Part shown: piece after piece, positions 58,756-64,000 of the stretch | Layout of the letters: every line of letters starts with the position of its first letter | Numbering within the stretch: position 1 is the first letter of the stretch | From: Acidobacteriota bacterium | GTDB taxonomy: Bacteria > Acidobacteriota > UBA6911 > RPQK01 > JAJDTT01 | NCBI GenBank assembly: GCA_965209055.1 | Contig: OZ242374.1 | Span: 3,072,001-3,136,000, forward strand | DNA length: 64,000 nt | Reading direction: 5' to 3' | Program-made: the position numbers and the translations under genes | The notes under the pieces: model-generated | Told to the model about the DNA's origin: nothing | Databases searched by the model: none | Seen by the model: only the letters and a program-made list of their open reading frames with translations

Positions 58756-59690
58756 GCAGACGGCGAACCCGGCGGCGCAGGGCCGCAAGCAATGCCGCCG
58801 GCCGCTTTCGAAGCGGCTCGCGCGGTCCCGCTCCGGACGGTGTCCTGGTCATCGACAAGCCGGAGGGCCCCACCTCCCATGACGTCGTGGAATCGGCGCG
58901 GCGCTCGCTCGGGACCCGCGCGGGGCACACCGGCACCCTGGATCCCCTGGCGACCGGGGTCCTTCCCCTGGTCCTGGGAAAGGCGACTCGGCTGAGCCGT
59001 TTCTACCAGAACCAGGACAAGGAGTACCTGGCCGGAATCGGTCTGGGGAGAGCGACCGAAACCTATGACCGGGAGGGAGCGGTGGTCCGGGAAGGTCCGG
59101 TTCCCGACCTCTCGACCCGGGAGGTTCGGGAGTTGTTGGATCGATTCGTGGGCGAAATCCCCCAGCGTCCGCCGCTCTACTCGGCCGTTCGGGTCGGGGG
59201 CCGCCGGCTCTACGAATTGGCCCGGCGCAAGCAGCAGGGAGAGCCTCCCCTCCGCCAAGTCAGGATTCATGGAATCGAGTTGTTGGAACGGGGCAGGGAG
59301 GAGTGGACGCTCCAGGTTCACTGTTCCGCCGGAACCTACATCCGATCCCTGGCTCACGACCTGGGCGAAGTGATCGGCTGCGGGGCTTTTCTGGAGAGTC
59401 TGAGACGGATTCGCTCCGGTTCCTTCGACCTGTCCCGGGCGGTATCGCCCGAACGGATGGGGGAGGAATGGGAGCGCGCCCATTTCCCCCTGGAGGCGCT
59501 GCTTCCGGAGCTTCCCCAGGTCGAGTTGGAGGATCCCGAAGCGAAGCGGGTCCGTCACGGGGGACAGGTCGTTGTCGATCCGCCTCTCCCCGGCGGCTGG
59601 TGCCGGATCTTGCACGGGGGCCGCCTGGTGGCCCTCGGAGAAACGGACGCCGCGACGATTCAACCTTCAATCGTCCTGGACCCGCTGTAG
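58752..59690 (+). CDS. truB: tRNA pseudouridine(55) synthase
   Basis: DKPEGPTSHDVV, GHTGTLDPLATGVL and CSAGTYIRSL. Confidence 0.97.
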   Translation: MSRRRTRRRRAASNAAGRFRSGSRGPAPDGVLVIDKPEGPTSHDVVESARRSLGTRAGHTGTLDPLATGVLPLVLGKATRLSRFYQNQDKEYLAGIGLGRATETYDREGAVVREGPVPDLSTREVRELLDRFVGEIPQRPPLYSAVRVGGRRLYELARRKQQGEPPLRQVRIHGIELLERGREEWTLQVHCSAGTYIRSLAHDLGEVIGCGAFLESLRRIRSGSFDLSRAVSPERMGEEWERAHFPLEALLPELPQVELEDPEAKRVRHGGQVVVDPPLPGGWCRILHGGRLVALGETDAATIQPSIVLDPL

Positions 59691-59704
59691 GGAAATCGAG
59701 AGGG

Positions 59705-60478
59705 ATGCCGGTGAAAGGGACCTTTCCGGAATTGGCGCCGCTGGTGGAAAGGCTGCGCGGGCGGCCGCGCTTCCTGGTCTTCACGGGAGCGGGCATCTCC
59801 ACGGGATCCGGGATCCCCGACTTCCGGGGACCCCAGGGCGTCTGGAAGAAATGGACGCCGGTTTACTACCAGGAGTTCCTGAATTCCCGTGAGGCGCGGA
59901 TCCGGCACTGGCAGTACAAGCTGGAGGGCTGGGAGGGGTTCCGGGACGCCATGCCCAACGCGGCCCATCGTGCGTTGTCGCGCCTGGACCGGCAGGGGCG
60001 TCTCGATGCCGTGGTCACACAGAACATCGACGGCCTTCACCAGTTGGCCGGACATCCCCCGGGAAGAGTCATCGAGTTGCACGGAACCAATCGGATGGTG
60101 GAGTGCACCGGCTGCGGCCTCCGGCAAGACCCGGACCCCGTCTATTCGGAGTTCGCCCGAACCGGCGATCCACCCCGCTGTTCCTGCGGCGGTTACCTGA
60201 AGCCGGCGACCGTCTCCTTCGGCCAGGCCATGCCCCGGGACAAATTGGCGTCGGCTTTTGAGGCGGCCGCCCGGGCCCAGGTGGTCTGCTCCATCGGATC
60301 CACGCTGGAAGTGGAACCGGCGGCCTCGGTGCCCCGGGCGGCCCGGCAGGGAGGCGCCTTCTACGCCATCATCAATCGAGGCGAAACCGCGCACGATCAC
60401 ATCGCCGATCTGAAGGTCGAAGCGGACGTCAACCGGATCCTGCCGGCGCTGGCCGAGCGGCTGGCGCGCCTCTCTTGA
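59705..60478 (+). CDS. cobB: NAD-dependent protein deacylase (sirtuin)
   Basis: TGAGIST.SGIPDFRG, TQNIDGLH, ELHG and Zn-binding Cys. Confidence 0.92.
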   Translation: MPVKGTFPELAPLVERLRGRPRFLVFTGAGISTGSGIPDFRGPQGVWKKWTPVYYQEFLNSREARIRHWQYKLEGWEGFRDAMPNAAHRALSRLDRQGRLDAVVTQNIDGLHQLAGHPPGRVIELHGTNRMVECTGCGLRQDPDPVYSEFARTGDPPRCSCGGYLKPATVSFGQAMPRDKLASAFEAAARAQVVCSIGSTLEVEPAASVPRAARQGGAFYAIINRGETAHDHIADLKVEADVNRILPALAERLARLS

Positions 60479-60532
60479 TCCCCTCTTTCCCGCCGTAATA
60501 GACTGACGCGTCCCCGGCGCCAGAATTCTCCC

Positions 60533-61420
60533 ATGACCCCTCACGACCCCATCCACGTCTGTTGGACCATCGACTGCGAGGCCACCCAGGAGGCCATCGA
60601 CAACACCGCGTTGGGCATTCGCTCTCTTCGGGGTTTTTGCGACCTGTTGCTGGCGAGCGGTTGCGCCGGCACCCTGTTCGTGGTTCCGGGAGACGCCCGG
60701 GCCTATCCCTCGCTCCTGCGGGAGCTGGCCGGCGCCGGGTTCCAGATCGGCCTTCACTTCCATCCCCAGGAGGAGGGGCACCAGGACTATTGCGGCGCCT
60801 ATACGGCCGAGGAACAGTACGCCATGTACCGCCGAGCCCTGGATCAGTTTGCCGACGCGGTCGGATTTGTCCCCGAGACCTTTCGAACCGGGAACTGTTC
60901 GGCGAACGACTCCACTTTCCCGGTGACCGAGAACCTGGGATTCACCAGTTGCTCCCATTCCATGCCGGGACGAAACATGCCCGGGCTCCGGAGCAACTGG
61001 GTCAACGCTCCCCTGAGCGTCCACTCGACTCACCGCGCGAACCGGCTCCTGGAGGGAGACATGCGGCTGGTGGAGGTCCCCGTCACCACCGATCCCGACT
61101 CCATGCTCTGGTCCGGAGGGCATCCCCAGGACCTCCGGGTGGAACTGTTCGACGCCAAGAACCACCGCTACATGATCGAAAAGGTCCTGTCGAGGGAGCA
61201 GGCCCGGCCTCCCGGCCTGGTCCGGACGTTGGTGGTCCTGACCCACAACATCTTCGACTATTCGGACCCCGCGGATTTTCGCCGGCACACCCTGCAACAG
61301 ATGATCCGCGACTTTGGACAACTGGCGGAGCAGAAGGCAATCGAGCTGACTCCCTCGACCATCGGCGCGGCGGCCAGGGCTCACCGGCGCGCCGCCGGAA
61401 CCGGACAGGAGGTCCACTGA
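60533..61420 (+). CDS. Polysaccharide deacetylase (CE4-like) fold protein
   Basis: TIDCE, GTLFV, IGLHFHP, FRTG and TH motifs. Confidence 0.75.
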   Translation: MTPHDPIHVCWTIDCEATQEAIDNTALGIRSLRGFCDLLLASGCAGTLFVVPGDARAYPSLLRELAGAGFQIGLHFHPQEEGHQDYCGAYTAEEQYAMYRRALDQFADAVGFVPETFRTGNCSANDSTFPVTENLGFTSCSHSMPGRNMPGLRSNWVNAPLSVHSTHRANRLLEGDMRLVEVPVTTDPDSMLWSGGHPQDLRVELFDAKNHRYMIEKVLSREQARPPGLVRTLVVLTHNIFDYSDPADFRRHTLQQMIRDFGQLAEQKAIELTPSTIGAAARAHRRAAGTGQEVH

Positions 61421-62595
61421 TGGGTGCCGGGCAATCCTCCTATCCCATTCGAGAGATCCCCTTCGGATCCATGGGCGGTCTCTACGACCAGGACGACGTC
61501 CAGGCCGCGCTGGAGGTGATTCAAGCGGCAGCGGGTGCCGGCGGCAGCTTCTTCCCCCTCCCCGAGGAGGGGGATTTTCAGAACGCCTTCGCCCGCCACG
61601 AGGGGGCGGACCATGCGGTGGCGGTCAACAGTTGCGGCACCGCCCTGGATCTCTGCATGATGGCGCTGGGCGTGGGTCCCGGAGACGAGGTGATCACCAC
61701 CCCCCTCACCTTCGTCTGCACCGCCACCTGCGCACTGGCCCGGGGCGCCGAAGTGGTCCTGGCCGACGTGGACCCCGACACCCTCTGCCTGGATCCGGTC
61801 CAGGCGCGCCGCCGCATGACCGACCGGACCCGGGCCGTGATCCCCGTACACTTCGCCGGTCTGGCCGCCGACTGCGGCGCGTTCGAGCGCCTCACGCGCG
61901 AAACCGGAGTGGCCGTGGTCTACGACGCCGCCCACGCCGTCTCCACCAAGTGGCAAGGACGGCCCATCGGCGGCTTCGGACAGGCCAGTTGCTACAGCTT
62001 CCAGTCCAACAAGAACATGACGACCCTGGGGGAAGGAGGCGCCGTGACGACGGACGACGACGAGTTCGCCGAGAGCGTCCGCCGGATGAAGACCTTCGGC
62101 TATGTTTACGGCAAGGAGACCCGTGTGGTCACCGTTGGATTCAACTACCGGATGACCAAGGTCCAGGCGGCGGTGGGAATCTCGCAACTCAGGAAGATCG
62201 ACCGGGTGGTGGCCCGCCGCCTCGAGGTCTTCCGCGAGATGCACCGGCAATTGGAAGGGGTGGAGGAGATCATCCGTCCCGCCGGGATCGAGCCCGGACA
62301 CGGGTGCCACCTCTATGTGTGCCGCTTGGACACCGACCGGGTGCCTTTCGGCCGGGACGCTTTTCTGGGGACTCTCAAGCAGAAGTACCGGGTGAGTTGC
62401 GGCATCCATTACCCGCCGGTCTGGAACTGGGACGTCATGGCGCGGCGGGGCTACGGCGAGGCCGCGGCCGGCTGTCCCGCGGCGGCGCTGGCCGGGGATC
62501 AGGTCTTCAGCCTGCCCCTGTTTCCCCAGACCACGAACGAGGACTGCGCCTACCTGGCCTGGGCCCTGAAACAGAGTCTCCTGGAAACCGCATGA
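61420..62595 (+). CDS. DegT/DnrJ/EryC1/StrS PLP-dependent aminotransferase
   Basis: VNSCGTAL, GDEVIT, PVHFAG, DAAHA, SFQSNKNMT..EGG and NYRM. Confidence 0.93.
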   Translation: MGAGQSSYPIREIPFGSMGGLYDQDDVQAALEVIQAAAGAGGSFFPLPEEGDFQNAFARHEGADHAVAVNSCGTALDLCMMALGVGPGDEVITTPLTFVCTATCALARGAEVVLADVDPDTLCLDPVQARRRMTDRTRAVIPVHFAGLAADCGAFERLTRETGVAVVYDAAHAVSTKWQGRPIGGFGQASCYSFQSNKNMTTLGEGGAVTTDDDEFAESVRRMKTFGYVYGKETRVVTVGFNYRMTKVQAAVGISQLRKIDRVVARRLEVFREMHRQLEGVEEIIRPAGIEPGHGCHLYVCRLDTDRVPFGRDAFLGTLKQKYRVSCGIHYPPVWNWDVMARRGYGEAAAGCPAAALAGDQVFSLPLFPQTTNEDCAYLAWALKQSLLETA

Positions 62596-63593
62596 CGGCG
62601 CGCAAGGTTCGCTGGGCCCTGGTGGGGGCCGGAGACCTGGCTCGAAAGCGGCTCGCCGCCGCGATCCGGTCGCAACCCGGCAGCATCCTGCGCAGCCTGG
62701 TCAGCCGGGACCCGGAGGGCCGGGCGCCGGACTTGAGGACGCTTTCGCCCGAGGCGGTCCAGGTCCGCTTCGAGGAGATGCTGGAGGACGATTCCGTCGA
62801 CGCCGTCTACCTGGCGACGCCGGTCTTTCTGCACGCCCCCCAGGCCATCGCAGCCCTGAAGGCGGGCAAGGACGTCCTGGTGGAAAAACCCATGGCCATG
62901 GATCTCCGGCAGGCCCGGGAGATGTGCCGGGTCGCCCGGGACCGGGGCCGCAGGTTGTCGGTGGCCTACTATCGCCGCTTCTGGCCCCGCTTCCAACTGG
63001 TCAAGGAGATGCTGGACCGGGGCGAACTGGGAGAGTTGGTCCTGATCCGGATCGCGCTGCACAGTTGGTATCCGGGACGGGGCGGGGAGGCCGCGGACTG
63101 GAGGATCACTCCTTCCCTGTCGGGTGGGGGAGTGCTCAGCGACGTGGGTTGTCATCGGCTGGACCTGCTGGCCTGGTGGCTGGGCCCGCCCGGCAAGCTG
63201 GTGTCCCGGGTCCTGACCCTGACCCACGGATATTCGGCTGAGGATTCGGTCACCGCGCTTCTGGAATGGGAGGGCGGTCCGGCCGGCACCGTCTCCTTCA
63301 ACTGGAACAGCCGGACCTGGACCGACGAGATCCACCTGGTGGGCACCGACGCCAAAATCACCCTCCATCCGTGCGACGGCGAGACGGTGACCATCACGGC
63401 GGGACGCGACATCCGGCAGCGGTCCGTGCCCAACCCGGAAAATGCCCACGGCCCCGTCGTGGACGAATTCGCCCGGTCCATATTGGAAGACCGCCCGCCC
63501 CGCTTCGACGGCCCGGAAGGCCTCCAGGCCACTCGAATCATGGACGCCGTCTTCCGTTCCGCCCGCCAGGGCGCCTGGACGGAACTGGACTGA
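62592..63593 (+). CDS. Gfo/Idh/MocA NAD(P)-dependent oxidoreductase
   Basis: VGAG, DAVY.ATP..LH, VLVEKPM and GGGVL.DVGCH. Confidence 0.93.
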   Translation: MTARKVRWALVGAGDLARKRLAAAIRSQPGSILRSLVSRDPEGRAPDLRTLSPEAVQVRFEEMLEDDSVDAVYLATPVFLHAPQAIAALKAGKDVLVEKPMAMDLRQAREMCRVARDRGRRLSVAYYRRFWPRFQLVKEMLDRGELGELVLIRIALHSWYPGRGGEAADWRITPSLSGGGVLSDVGCHRLDLLAWWLGPPGKLVSRVLTLTHGYSAEDSVTALLEWEGGPAGTVSFNWNSRTWTDEIHLVGTDAKITLHPCDGETVTITAGRDIRQRSVPNPENAHGPVVDEFARSILEDRPPRFDGPEGLQATRIMDAVFRSARQGAWTELD

Positions 63594-63597
63594 ACCC

Positions 63598-64000
63598 GTG
63601 GACGACTCGACGCTGGAACAACTCCGCTCCGATTTCGAGTCGGTCAGCCGGACCCTCGGGGACGGATTGCGCCGGCGGACGCCCCGGCTGGTCGCCCTGG
63701 TGGCCAAGTGGCAGAAGGAAGACCTGGTCCCGGGCCTGAGCGACCTGGACTTTCGAGTCATCTGCGACGACGGGACCTCGGCCGAAGACTGGGTCGAGGT
63801 GGATCGCGCGGTCGGGGAGATCCACCTGGAGATGGTCCGTGCGCACCCGGAATGGAACCGGATCAACGAGCACACCGCCGGGGCCGGCCTCACCGTCGGG
63901 GAGGCCATGGACGGCCGCTTCCACAACCCCGAATACGCCGCCTGGTCCGTCTGGTGGGGAGAAGGGGAGTGGTATCGGGAATTGGCCCGCCGGATCCGCC
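63598..64000 (+). CDS. Nucleotidyltransferase-fold protein (partial, runs off the right edge)
   Basis: VAKWQKEDLVPGLSDLDFRVI (SDxD) pol-beta-like motif; GTG start 4 nt after the upstream stop. Confidence 0.55.
   Translation, partial: MDDSTLEQLRSDFESVSRTLGDGLRRRTPRLVALVAKWQKEDLVPGLSDLDFRVICDDGTSAEDWVEVDRAVGEIHLEMVRAHPEWNRINEHTAGAGLTVGEAMDGRFHNPEYAAWSVWWGEGEWYRELARRIR

Overview
High-GC bacterial chromosome segment, probably from Acidobacteriota and possibly a marine-sponge symbiont. This is inferred from the Acidobacteria-style second Hfq, the hrcA-grpE-dnaJ order and a sup-type PKS. The backbone is housekeeping: eno-gpmI, three glycosyltransferases, rmlA/rmlB, smpB, pepA, tmk-holB-PSP1, yggS, class II RNR nrdJ, hrcA-grpE/dnaJ, degP, uvrD, a Pal/OmpA lipoprotein, three M16 peptidases, rimP-nusA-infB-DUF503...nrnA-truB and a sirtuin. 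Two accessory blocks interrupt conserved operons. (1) About 12.5 kb between grpE and dnaJ holds a 3463-aa type I PKS (KS-AT-DH-MT-ER-KR-ACP-KS-AT0), a free ACP, an apparently decayed PPTase, an alpha/beta hydrolase and a pyrimidine-dimer glycosylase. (2) About 4.3 kb sitting where rbfA is normally found holds a His/CxxC leader ending in RAPP, an internally deleted DUF169-like gene, a flavoprotein with a CCxxxCxC tail, an atypical FeoB-like GTPase-transporter and a hypothetical gene; this is a candidate metal-sensing uptake system. Other notable items are a ParB-like plus SPL-like radical SAM gene pair, a catalytically degenerate Fic protein, a 4-unit REP/BIME cluster and an amino-sugar/aminocyclitol-type operon at the right edge. 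No rRNA, tRNA, CRISPR array or intact transposase was seen. All family calls come from motif recognition, not database searches.
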